DNA of 64,000 nucleotides, from assembly GCA_023379675.1 (NCBI GenBank), contig JAMCPL010000008.1:30720-94719 (forward strand), in the 5' to 3' direction. The stretch's first letter is position 1. Every line of letters starts with the position of its first letter. Source of the DNA: Actinomycetota bacterium. GTDB lineage: Bacteria; Actinomycetota; Acidimicrobiia; Acidimicrobiales; JAMCPL01. This document shows, one piece after another, positions 56,417 to 64,000 of the stretch. The translations under genes were made by a program, and so were the position numbers. Below the pieces are notes generated by a model. That model saw nothing but the letters and a program-made list of their open reading frames with translations, was not told the DNA's origin and searched no databases.

Positions 56417-57673
56417 ATGATGTATCTTGAGCAGCCCAGCAACATAAATGGGCCAGGGCGAGGAGAATCATTCCCGGTACCGCCTCGCATTGAGAGCTTA
56501 CGAGTCCAGAACTATCGCGTTCTCCGTAATCTTGAACTGAAGCAACTGTCTCCCCTGTCGGTACTCCTCGGTCCTAACGGAAGCGGCAAGTCGACCGTCT
56601 TCGATGTGTTCGCCTTTCTTTCAGAGTGTTTTACGGTAGGTTTGCGAAGGGCATGGGATCGACGCAACCGTTTCAAAGAACTGCGCAGCCGGGGAGCAGA
56701 AGGGCCAATTGTAATTGAACTGAAGTACCGGGAACAGCCTGATCTTCCTCTTATCACCTATCACCTAGCTATTGACGAGACCAGGCGAGGACCGGTCGTA
56801 GCTGAAGAATGGCTGCGTTGGACTCGCGGCCGGCAAGGCCGTCCCTTCAAGTTTCTGGAATTCAACAATGGAGAGGGGCATGTCATCTCCGGCGAGCTTC
56901 CCGAGGTCAACGATGAACGCATTGACTCCACTTTGGAGTCGCCGGACCTCCTGGCGGTCAATACGTTGGGGCAATTCAAGGACCATCCCCGTGCCAGCGC
57001 TTTACGGCGTTTCATAAGCGGGTGGTACCTTTCATACCTTAGCGCCGACAGTACAAGAGGCGTTCCGGAATCGGGACCACAGGAACGACTTTCTCAGGCT
57101 GGTGACAACCTGCCAAATGTCATCCAGTATCTGAAAGAGCAATATCCAGCGCACTTGGAACATATACTACAAGTTCTTGCCGAGCGGATTCCCCGGCTCG
57201 AAAGTGTGAATGCTGGACTTCTTGCAGACGGACGCTTACTGCTCCGGATCAAGGATGCCCCATTCAGCGAACCCATTTTGGCAAAGTTTGCTTCAGATGG
57301 CACATTGAAGATGCTTGCATATCTTATAGTGCTCTACGATCCCGATCCACCACCATTGGTCGGCATCGAAGAGCCTGAGAACCAGCTGCATCCACGCCTA
57401 TTGCAAGCGCTGGCGGAAGAATGTCGGCAGGCGGCATCAAGAAGCCAGCTGCTTGTCACCACCCACTCTCCGTTCTTTGTCGATGGGCTGCATGCAGAAG
57501 AACTGTGGGTGCTATATCGTACTAATGATGGATTTGCCAAGATCATGAGGGTCAGCAAAATGGATAGTGTCAGGGCATTCGTGAACGAAGGTGCAAAACT
57601 GGGAGACCTTTGGATGGAAGGTTTTTTCGAGGTAGGTGACCCATTAGCCACCAGCAGCCAATCAAGAAACTAA
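56417..57673 (+). CDS. ABC-type (AAA_15/AAA_21-like, OLD/AriA/GajA-class) ATPase
   Basis: [17 protein letters not shown], Walker [10 protein letters not shown], Walker B/D-loop [20 protein letters not shown] moved the start to ATG 56417, because the ORF-track N-terminus (56141) runs through the direct repeat and the pseudogene fragment. Confidence 0.85.
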   Translation: MMYLEQPSNINGPGRGESFPVPPRIESLRVQNYRVLRNLELKQLSPLSVLLGPNGSGKSTVFDVFAFLSECFTVGLRRAWDRRNRFKELRSRGAEGPIVIELKYREQPDLPLITYHLAIDETRRGPVVAEEWLRWTRGRQGRPFKFLEFNNGEGHVISGELPEVNDERIDSTLESPDLLAVNTLGQFKDHPRASALRRFISGWYLSYLSADSTRGVPESGPQERLSQAGDNLPNVIQYLKEQYPAHLEHILQVLAERIPRLESVNAGLLADGRLLLRIKDAPFSEPILAKFASDGTLKMLAYLIVLYDPDPPPLVGIEEPENQLHPRLLQALAEECRQAASRSQLLVTTHSPFFVDGLHAEELWVLYRTNDGFAKIMRVSKMDSVRAFVNEGAKLGDLWMEGFFEVGDPLATSSQSRN

Positions 57674-57679
57674 TTACCA

Positions 57680-58300
57680 GTGCATCTTGAAGTGCTGGTC
57701 GAAGAGGCTTCGGCCGAAAAGGCGCTTAGCGTCCTCCTGCCCAAGATAGTAGGACCTGATGTCGATTTCACCATTCACGTGTTCCAGGGCAAGCGTGACC
57801 TGCTCGACAAGCTTGCCTCTCGATTGAAGGGTTACTCGCATTGGATCCAGGGGACTCACACAAAGATAGCCGTACTGGTCGATGAAGACCGGCAGAATTG
57901 CCTTGCACTCAAGGAAAAGTTGGAAAAAGCGGCAGCCGAGGCGGGACTCAGTACGAAAACTGCTGTGGGGAATGGAAACCCTTTTTTGGTCCTCAACCGT
58001 ATAGCCGTAGAGGAACTGGAGGCATGGTTTATCGGTGATTGCGATGCCCTTAGGGCTGCGTATCCTCGGATTTCCCCTTCTCTCGAAAATACCAGCCGCT
58101 TTCGTGATCCAGATGCGGTCAGAGGTGGCACATGGGAACAGCTTGATCGGGTTCTGCAACAAGCCGGTTACCATGCTGGTGGAATGGCCAAGACCCGAGC
58201 TGCCGAAGAAATAGCTGTCCATATGGATCCGTACTGCAACCGGTCGCGCAGTTTCAAGCAATTCTGTACAGGATTGCAAGCACTGGTGCAATCGATATAG
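57680..58300 (+). CDS. DUF4276-like protein, probable Toprim-fold partner of the upstream ATPase
   Basis: GTG start 6 nt after the ATPase stop. N-terminal beta-strand with acidic pair LEVLVEEASAE, then AVLVDEDRQ (DxD-like) and VEELEAWF. This is compatible with DUF4276/Toprim as I recall them. Confidence 0.6.
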   Translation: MHLEVLVEEASAEKALSVLLPKIVGPDVDFTIHVFQGKRDLLDKLASRLKGYSHWIQGTHTKIAVLVDEDRQNCLALKEKLEKAAAEAGLSTKTAVGNGNPFLVLNRIAVEELEAWFIGDCDALRAAYPRISPSLENTSRFRDPDAVRGGTWEQLDRVLQQAGYHAGGMAKTRAAEEIAVHMDPYCNRSRSFKQFCTGLQALVQSI

Positions 58301-58301
58301 C

Positions 58302-58332
58302 ACGTTCAGGTACGCGCTGGCAGTGGCGCCCG
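58302..58332. repeat. right copy of the perfect 31-bp direct repeat
   Basis: Identical to 56267-56297. Confidence 0.97.
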
Positions 58333-58348
58333 TCCGGCAGCCACGCTG

Positions 58349-60010
58349 TCAGGGCACTGACGGGATGGCTGAAGATGGAGGCGCCCAAGGCGCCGTCGAT
58401 CCACCGTTCCCAAAACACTCCAATTGCCTACCGGCTGGAAGTCCAGACACCAAGTCATAGTACGAATAAAATGCTCCATGATTACATGCTACGAATGCGC
58501 CCTGTTCAGCGGTAATAGGTCCCCTTGCGTCATTGCTCCAATAGAGCACCTGAAAATTGGATGGAGTGGTGTAATGGCCTGGACCGAACGACCACCCACC
58601 CATACCAGCATCCTGCACCGACGGAGGAAGCGACCACATCCCCTTCTGGAACGTAGCCGGAGTAAGGTCCGGACCGGCTTGCTGCAGCGCGCTGAACAGC
58701 AACAATATTCCCTGGTATACCGTTCCGGCGTCTCCAATCGCAGGAGGACTGGACAGCTCATGACCGGTGGCCAACTTGTATGCAACGGTAAACTCTTGGT
58801 CTCGCGCAGGCGTAGGCTGAACCATCGTTGTCAGGGCATGCGCCCACTCGGCCTTGTCCTGCGGGGATGACATGATTCCCCGGATCATCGTCTCATCACT
58901 GACCGACATGGCAAGCCACTCGGGATAGTAGTGCTGTGCCGCAGCTGCATCCGCCAGGAAGGAAGGAGTTAGGGGATCACACGCACATACCACCGTAGTA
59001 ACTCTCTTGCTACGGAAGTTTGCCATTGCAGCAGTAGCCTCCTGCATCACGCTACCAAAGTTGGCCATCGAATAGACGAATGTAGCGGCTACCGGCACGT
59101 GCGCTGCTTGTAGCCCGCCGGTCAAGTCCGCTGCACATGCCCTGATGACTGGAGCATTGGGATATACAAGGCCTATCCTGGCAGGCGCATCGTGTATGCC
59201 CTTTCCGGCGGCATATATAGCCGGCAATCCATTGAAAGCACTCTTGACCACATCTATTGTACTTTGGGCAAATTTGCTACAGCTTTCATAGTAAGAATAC
59301 TCATAGGGTGCATTCTGCTGGTACCAAGAATGTGGCATGAACTCACCGCCTATGGCAATTACGTGGTGTTGCGCCAGAGCGGTATCGTATGGAGGCGTAG
59401 AGGATACCTCCGATATATCGGCAAAAGCGCCAAGAGATGCTGCGGTCTGGGCATCCGCCTCTGCCTGAGATTGGTCCTGTCCCAGTAATTCGTTGACATA
59501 ACAGCCTTGCCCGTTGAAATATTTTACAACCACTTTCCGGCCCCATAGCTCAAAATCTTTGTTGAACAGGCCGACATAAGCATTTATATTGTGCTCGAAC
59601 ACCGCAGTCGATGCAATTGATTTGCTCCCCGACTTTGCCAGAAATGTGCAAAGCCCCCCATTATTGGCAATATCCACAGTCACTGTAATGCTTCTGCCGG
59701 TTACTCCAGAGGATGTGGCGCCACTGTTGTTGCCGGTCCATCTCGGCACGCAGTATGGAGCATACTCCGACCATGGAACTTGTCTTTTACCGCGGGTACA
59801 CATATATCCACCTACCGTCGTGCCCGCCAGCCCTTCTCCTGGGGGTCTGTAGAGAACGAATCCGCTGTTGCCCTTGGACACTACGGGGTCTTGTGCATTC
59901 ACGCTGTGCACGGAAGGAACGAACAGTAATACCAAGATGATCACAGCCATCCCAAGAACAAACCTCTTATATCGATTTACAATGACTTGGAACTTTTCCA
60001 ATTGCATCAT
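58349..60010 (-). CDS. secreted ABC-type substrate-binding protein (paralog of 9808-11400), with no adjacent permease or ATPase
   Basis: Signal peptide ending VNA|QD. Long collinear similarity to the Liv-like SBP at 9808-11400. I moved the start to ATG 60010, which overlaps the upstream stop as ATGA. Confidence 0.8.
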   Translation of the reverse strand: MMQLEKFQVIVNRYKRFVLGMAVIILVLLFVPSVHSVNAQDPVVSKGNSGFVLYRPPGEGLAGTTVGGYMCTRGKRQVPWSEYAPYCVPRWTGNNSGATSSGVTGRSITVTVDIANNGGLCTFLAKSGSKSIASTAVFEHNINAYVGLFNKDFELWGRKVVVKYFNGQGCYVNELLGQDQSQAEADAQTAASLGAFADISEVSSTPPYDTALAQHHVIAIGGEFMPHSWYQQNAPYEYSYYESCSKFAQSTIDVVKSAFNGLPAIYAAGKGIHDAPARIGLVYPNAPVIRACAADLTGGLQAAHVPVAATFVYSMANFGSVMQEATAAMANFRSKRVTTVVCACDPLTPSFLADAAAAQHYYPEWLAMSVSDETMIRGIMSSPQDKAEWAHALTTMVQPTPARDQEFTVAYKLATGHELSSPPAIGDAGTVYQGILLLFSALQQAGPDLTPATFQKGMWSLPPSVQDAGMGGWSFGPGHYTTPSNFQVLYWSNDARGPITAEQGAFVACNHGAFYSYYDLVSGLPAGRQLECFGNGGSTAPWAPPSSAIPSVP

Positions 60011-60309
60011 CCGTCCACTACCTCGGGAATGTCTGAGGATGTCTCCGGCATGCCATAGCTCCATCCGCTTATGGAGTCCCATCCGCTTATGTCCTGTCTC
60101 GCCTCTGCTTCGGCTGCGTCATAGAGTTCTCCGATTACGGACTCCATACGACCGATCTGCGACTCTATGAAAGCTGCAGCAAGAAAGCTGCCGACATTGA
60201 TTCCCCTCAGGGCAAGCACCGCCTTTTCAGCACCTTCCAAAATGGCCGATGCCGCAAAGTCAATCTCAATCAAACCACCTTCTCTGTTTGTAACACACGG
60301 AACCGTCAT
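60007..60309 (-). CDS. hypothetical 100-aa acidic protein, translationally coupled to the SBP gene
   Basis: ATGA stop/start overlap with the downstream gene. I recognise no family. Confidence 0.5.
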   Translation of the reverse strand: MTVPCVTNREGGLIEIDFAASAILEGAEKAVLALRGINVGSFLAAAFIESQIGRMESVIGELYDAAEAEARQDISGWDSISGWSYGMPETSSDIPEVVDG

Positions 60310-60473
60310 GTTTCGCTGTACCTCCTTCTATAATTACCTTTCTTGTCCTATGTCATTGAAGCTAACAGGGCAAGGTTAAGCATTCGGAACGAGAACAAGG
60401 CACCAAGATGAACTGATGGGAATATTTCAGTGAATTGCAGGAATGGTATTCAGCGGGAATATCGTTTGCGGCT

Positions 60474-60620
60474 AGTGGTCCGTCCCGCAAATAACGTGAT
60501 GGTATCCGGTGCGCAACCATCCAGTGGATGGTTGCGGAGAGGAAGGACATAAGCACGTTAACCCGCCAGAGGCGTCATCTGGTTGGCGGGAGCGCGCTGT
60601 TGTTTGCGGGACGGACCACT
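60474..60620. other. 147-bp structured intergenic element: 18-bp perfect inverted repeats enclosing two hairpins
   Basis: AGTGGTCCGTCCCGCAAA (60474-60491) pairs with TTTGCGGGACGGACCACT (60603-60620). An inner hairpin is CGCAACCATCC-AGT-GGATGGTTGCG (60512-60536). A second, imperfect hairpin lies at 60562-60590. A competing local pairing is TTTGCGG (60465-60471) with CCGCAAA (60485-60491). Confidence 0.6.
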
Positions 60621-60659
60621 AGGCGCGCCGGTTGCTCAATGGAATCTACGAACCATTAG

Positions 60660-61535
60660 TCAGCCGTGGACAGGGGATGCCAGCAGGCCGGTGGCATATA
60701 CCATACCGAAGACCAGTGTGATCATCCCGATTAGCAACGTAACTGCCGAAGCCCTCAAACGGGCGGCAAAGCCCAGGACGGTACCTATCATGAAAAAGCT
60801 ACATACGCCAGCAGTTACCAGCATCACAATTACCGGAACAGTGCCGACGGAGCGCACGGCCGCCAATCCTGCATGCCCGACAAGAAAAGGAGTCACCCCT
60901 ACAGCGAGGAGCGCCACCACGTCTAGAAAGAACGAAAGTCTCAACGCGTCACGAGGGCTCAGCCCGCGAAACAGCATGGGTGTCACTGTCACGGCACTAC
61001 GGCTGATGCCCGGCAGAGCTGCCAGTCCCTGGCACGCTCCGACAATGACAGTAGTCACGAACCCCGGAACCTTTCCCGGTATGGACTCATCCGCAGCCTC
61101 TTGCGTAGCTTTGCGAGCGACACGCTCCCGCGATGCGTTGACAACCGTACTTACCAGAAGGAGCAACCCCACTGCTATCATAAATATGTTGCCGGCCGAA
61201 GCATGAAACACCGAGATTACTCCGGCATACACAGGCAAGCCGATTACTGCCGTCATGACGGTAGCTATAACCAGAAACCGTAATCGGGCCGCGTCGATAC
61301 CAGTACCGAATGGATCACGTAATCCCTTCGTTGCTGACCACACGTCAACACGAAAGTACCATAGCGCAGCAAAAAACGAACCAAAATTAGCCAGAAGGCC
61401 CATCACATACGCCGTATTAGGAGAGTACCCCCCGCCAGTTACATACACCAGGCTGACCATGGTCTTGGAACTCACCGGCAACCACTCTGCGACACCTTGT
61501 AGCAAACCGGCCAGCCCGGCGATCAGCAGGTGCAT
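60660..61535 (-). CDS. uppP: undecaprenyl-diphosphate phosphatase (BacA/UppP)
   Basis: LLQGVAEWLPVSSKTMVSL N-terminal signature, PGISRSAVT motif, polytopic membrane protein. The start is ATG 61535 (MHLLIAG); the ORF-track start is 61634. Confidence 0.85.
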   Translation of the reverse strand: MHLLIAGLAGLLQGVAEWLPVSSKTMVSLVYVTGGGYSPNTAYVMGLLANFGSFFAALWYFRVDVWSATKGLRDPFGTGIDAARLRFLVIATVMTAVIGLPVYAGVISVFHASAGNIFMIAVGLLLLVSTVVNASRERVARKATQEAADESIPGKVPGFVTTVIVGACQGLAALPGISRSAVTVTPMLFRGLSPRDALRLSFFLDVVALLAVGVTPFLVGHAGLAAVRSVGTVPVIVMLVTAGVCSFFMIGTVLGFAARLRASAVTLLIGMITLVFGMVYATGLLASPVHG

Positions 61536-61581
61536 AACACCCAGACTGTTCTCACATATGGTCTCGCATATTGAACCACCA

Positions 61582-62049
61582 TCATGCGTCTCCTGTCCCC
61601 GACTGGTTATCGTGCCTGCTGGTAAGACCCTCACGCCAAGTCAAGTAACCTGCCTGCAGTAGGACATATCCAAATCCCACTGCCCATATGCCGCCAAAAA
61701 TCCCCCATAACGTAAGCAGCCCATGTCGTGACAAAGCTCCAGCTATCACCAGCACGACCCCGCCAACCAGGAGCAACAAACCAGACATGATCTGTATGCA
61801 TGTATAAGATCTTCGTGGCGCTTTTTGAACCGGTGGCACGCCCGAACCTGGATAGCGAGGCCCCGAGCCCTTGCCCAAGTCACTACCGCCGGCACGAGAA
61901 GGCCAGCGCTGCATTTGCCAAGGCAATGTGCCCGTAAACTGAGGCGGACCCCATTTAGCCTTTCCGGACATATCTTGAATATTCACAGAAGGCAGGCCAC
62001 CCGTATTCATTCCACCGCCTCGAGCCACTTCGCTATTCATGGCTCCCAT
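61582..62049 (-). CDS. hypothetical membrane protein (G/P-rich N-terminus, two C-terminal TM helices)
   Basis: ORF with plausible TM hairpin LLLLVGGVVLVIAGAL / LWGIFGGIWAVGFGYVLL. I recognise no family. Confidence 0.45.
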   Translation of the reverse strand: MGAMNSEVARGGGMNTGGLPSVNIQDMSGKAKWGPPQFTGTLPWQMQRWPSRAGGSDLGKGSGPRYPGSGVPPVQKAPRRSYTCIQIMSGLLLLVGGVVLVIAGALSRHGLLTLWGIFGGIWAVGFGYVLLQAGYLTWREGLTSRHDNQSGTGDA

Positions 62050-62169
62050 TATCCAGGCGTGAGGTGAACAGCAGGTAAACGCTGCAGGACGCTTGAATGA
62101 ACACTCGGTGAATACGCGCGAAGCCTGCCGATGCGGCTGTCTTTGAACCTACTCGCTATGCAGAACCCT

Positions 62170-62208
62170 GCCGGATGCACAATCATGCCGGATGCACAAT
62201 CATGCCGG
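62170..62208. repeat. 17-bp tandem repeat (GCCGGATGCACAATCAT) x2.3 in the intergenic region
   Basis: Read directly. Confidence 0.9.
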
Positions 62209-62311
62209 CTCCAGGCAACCACGTATGCTCGCTTCCATCATCTGCCCACCTATCATCATGGCCAGGGAATGCGTTCTGTACACTATCCAGTAACGATAGG
62301 CTTAGAGGCTC

Positions 62312-63994
62312 TTAGCTAAAGGCAAACGGAGCGGGAATCCGCAATATGACATTACGATCATATCTACCGCCACGTCCCGGCGGTTCTCCTGCAGGATCGT
62401 CACGATGCCACGAGTTCAAGGCAAGCTCCCTGGACCACCCCGCAAGCACCAGCGGATCGTCCAGATCCTCCGTCCGAGGATCCGTCATGCCTGCATGATC
62501 GAACACCGTGGAGTAGATGACCAGTTCGCCTGAACCTCTATCTATGGCAAGCTCGATAACCCGTCCCTGTTGCGGCCAATCGATCAGGGATGCGGTAGTG
62601 ATCTGCCAGATCCGGCACCCTGGATATTCCGGCGCCGCCTTCCAAGCACTGCGGGTTTTCCCGTTGCCATAGTCCGGCCCGGCACTGCTGAGCAAGGTTA
62701 TCTTATGGCGATGGGTATGGCCGTTCACCCACAGGATGACATTGGGAAAACGCCCGAGCAGCCCATCCAGATCACCGGCAAGTATCCTGCTGGAAGCTAA
62801 TGGAGAGTAACTATTCACGAGCGTCTCCAGCGGATGGTGACTGAACATAACAAACAGACGGTCCTCACGGCCACTAGTTGCCCATCTTCCATCTCCATCC
62901 AGCCAACGACTGTGCCCGTTCAACAGCTCTCCTTCGATCCAGGAAAGCTGTTCGGCATCGAGTGATCCCTGCCACCCACCCGACGGGTTCACTGTATCGA
63001 GCACAAGACACCGGACCGGGCCTGCATCAAAACTATAGTAGGAATGCCCTTTTTCAGGCGCTGGTGGCTGTATCATGCCGTTCGATACCCCGCCGGAATG
63101 GCCGTCGCCATGGCCGGCACTTTTGTAACCAGCATTTTCATGGCCATGGCCGGAATCCTGGCCGTAGCTTTCACCATCAATTGCAGTAATGCCATGCCGA
63201 AGTGCAACAAGCCACTGCTTCTGATCAACGAGCCGGCGATCCGGATCGGCAGTAACCTGTTCCCAGGGACCGCCGGACAACGCAGCTACGATATCAGGAG
63301 GTACGACACTGTGATTGGCGAGCAGGCTTCCCATGTCAGCCCCCTCCACCCATCCAGTGGCTTTCCTGTCACCCACCGCCACCCTTCTTAATATGCCAGT
63401 GTGCGGTATGGTCCCTGCAATCATGTAATCATGATTCCCTGGCACGTCATACCAGGGAATACCGAGTCCCGTAGAAGTAAACTCCCTGCGGCACGAATCA
63501 AGCAGTCCTGGCACATCCGGATACCCGAAGCGTTCATGGGCAATGTCCGAACCAGCTGAGGGTGACCCATGGCCGGCAAGCGGACCATCAGGATGCCAGT
63601 AGTACCAATCGTAGAAAGCCGTACTGCCTACTCCTTCGTAACTACTGCGATCACCCGAATCAGGTCTAATCGTCTTTCCCCCGTTCATCAGGTCGAGATA
63701 CCACTTGATCTCGTTGTACTGGGAGTTATCGGCTGCGTCACCCGTAATCATCGCAAAAGAAACAGGGCATCCAGTTACCGGCCCGTAATGCAAATTACGT
63801 ACCGCCACGGCCGTTGCCTCCACCACTTGCATGCTCAGCATGTCCTGAGGCCGGTAAGTACCGATATTGCCTAGTACAGGAAAAAACGCCGAATCAATGT
63901 TGCCGAGCCTGTCAAGGAACTCCGCCCTTGCAGGACTCTGTGCATCGGTAACGTGCAGATCAGTCAGGTGTACAAACGCCAGTAACGGCTCCAC
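62312..63994 (-). CDS. metallophosphoesterase (calcineurin-like; actinobacterial TIGR03767-like family); the N-terminus may extend beyond the window
   Basis: FVHLTDLHVTD (motif I), ITGDAADN (motif II), PGNHD (motif III), VMFSHHP, NGHTHRH. There is a G/H/S-rich insert (GQDSGHGHENAGYKSAGHGDGHSGG). Confidence 0.8.
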   Translation of the reverse strand: MEPLLAFVHLTDLHVTDAQSPARAEFLDRLGNIDSAFFPVLGNIGTYRPQDMLSMQVVEATAVAVRNLHYGPVTGCPVSFAMITGDAADNSQYNEIKWYLDLMNGGKTIRPDSGDRSSYEGVGSTAFYDWYYWHPDGPLAGHGSPSAGSDIAHERFGYPDVPGLLDSCRREFTSTGLGIPWYDVPGNHDYMIAGTIPHTGILRRVAVGDRKATGWVEGADMGSLLANHSVVPPDIVAALSGGPWEQVTADPDRRLVDQKQWLVALRHGITAIDGESYGQDSGHGHENAGYKSAGHGDGHSGGVSNGMIQPPAPEKGHSYYSFDAGPVRCLVLDTVNPSGGWQGSLDAEQLSWIEGELLNGHSRWLDGDGRWATSGREDRLFVMFSHHPLETLVNSYSPLASSRILAGDLDGLLGRFPNVILWVNGHTHRHKITLLSSAGPDYGNGKTRSAWKAAPEYPGCRIWQITTASLIDWPQQGRVIELAIDRGSGELVIYSTVFDHAGMTDPRTEDLDDPLVLAGWSRELALNSWHRDDPAGEPPGRGGRYDRNVILRIPAPFAFS

Positions 63995-64000
63995 CTCGGA

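Noticed and set aside
57674-58303. 209-aa minus-strand ORF covering exactly the same interval as the DUF4276-like gene
   Set aside because: The plus-strand product has coherent secondary-structure-like periodicity and acidic motifs, and is tightly coupled (6-nt gap) to the ATPase gene. The minus-strand product is C/R/S-rich with no motif. The coincidence of full-length ORFs on both strands is noted but judged to be chance.
55308-58332. Treating VapBC plus ATPase/DUF4276 as one four-gene system
   Set aside because: VapBC is on the opposite strand, lies outside the 31-bp repeats, and is separated from the cassette by the gene remnant. Adjacency is better explained by clustering of independent modules in a variable spot.
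60007-60309. Idea that the 100-aa protein is a WXG100/ESX substrate because of its size and SGW motifs
   Set aside because: The W-x-G-like motifs sit near the C-terminus rather than in a central helix-turn-helix hairpin, and no ESX genes are nearby. It is kept only as a hypothetical protein.

Overview
This is a 64-kb, moderately GC-rich chromosomal segment that looks actinobacterial. The evidence is a 33-aa bS22 ribosomal protein gene, tatD-rsmA-ispE synteny, an imuA'-imuB-dnaE2 mutasome and recA both carrying CGAAC-N4-GTTC SOS boxes, and a CIRCE element upstream of groES-groEL. I call about 50 protein genes and one tRNA-Gln(UUG). I saw no rRNA, CRISPR array, transposase or integrase. Most of the window is core metabolism and maintenance: hemB/hemL, groESL, a fully fused LivHMFG-type ABC importer with its binding protein, a small catabolic cluster (FAH, SDR, BKACE, M24 peptidase, Gfo/Idh/MocA), glutamate decarboxylase, merR-merA, acs, recA, two MFS transporters, ppgK-dapA, a dynamin-like GTPase, an acyl-CoA mutase large subunit, sua5, purE, ispE, rsmA and tatD. 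The clearly accessory part is about 55.3-62.5 kb. It holds a VapBC pair, then a two-gene ABC-type ATPase + DUF4276/Toprim-like cassette bracketed by perfect 31-bp direct repeats. That cassette is my best candidate for an uncharacterised split-OLD/PARIS-like defence module. It lies inside a roughly 6.2-kb segment bounded by a 164-bp duplication of the 3' end of a metallophosphoesterase gene. Other recurring oddities are: perfect in-frame tandem repeats and low-complexity inserts inside conserved enzymes (for example (GSEA)6 in the HemL lid region); two paralogous small membrane-anchored coiled-coil proteins built from perfect 21-bp and 75-bp tandem repeats; a (GGTA)14 microsatellite inside the mutasome operon; and a 147-bp intergenic element with 18-bp perfect inverted repeats and alternative pairings. 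All functional calls rest on motif recognition by eye. No database search was run.
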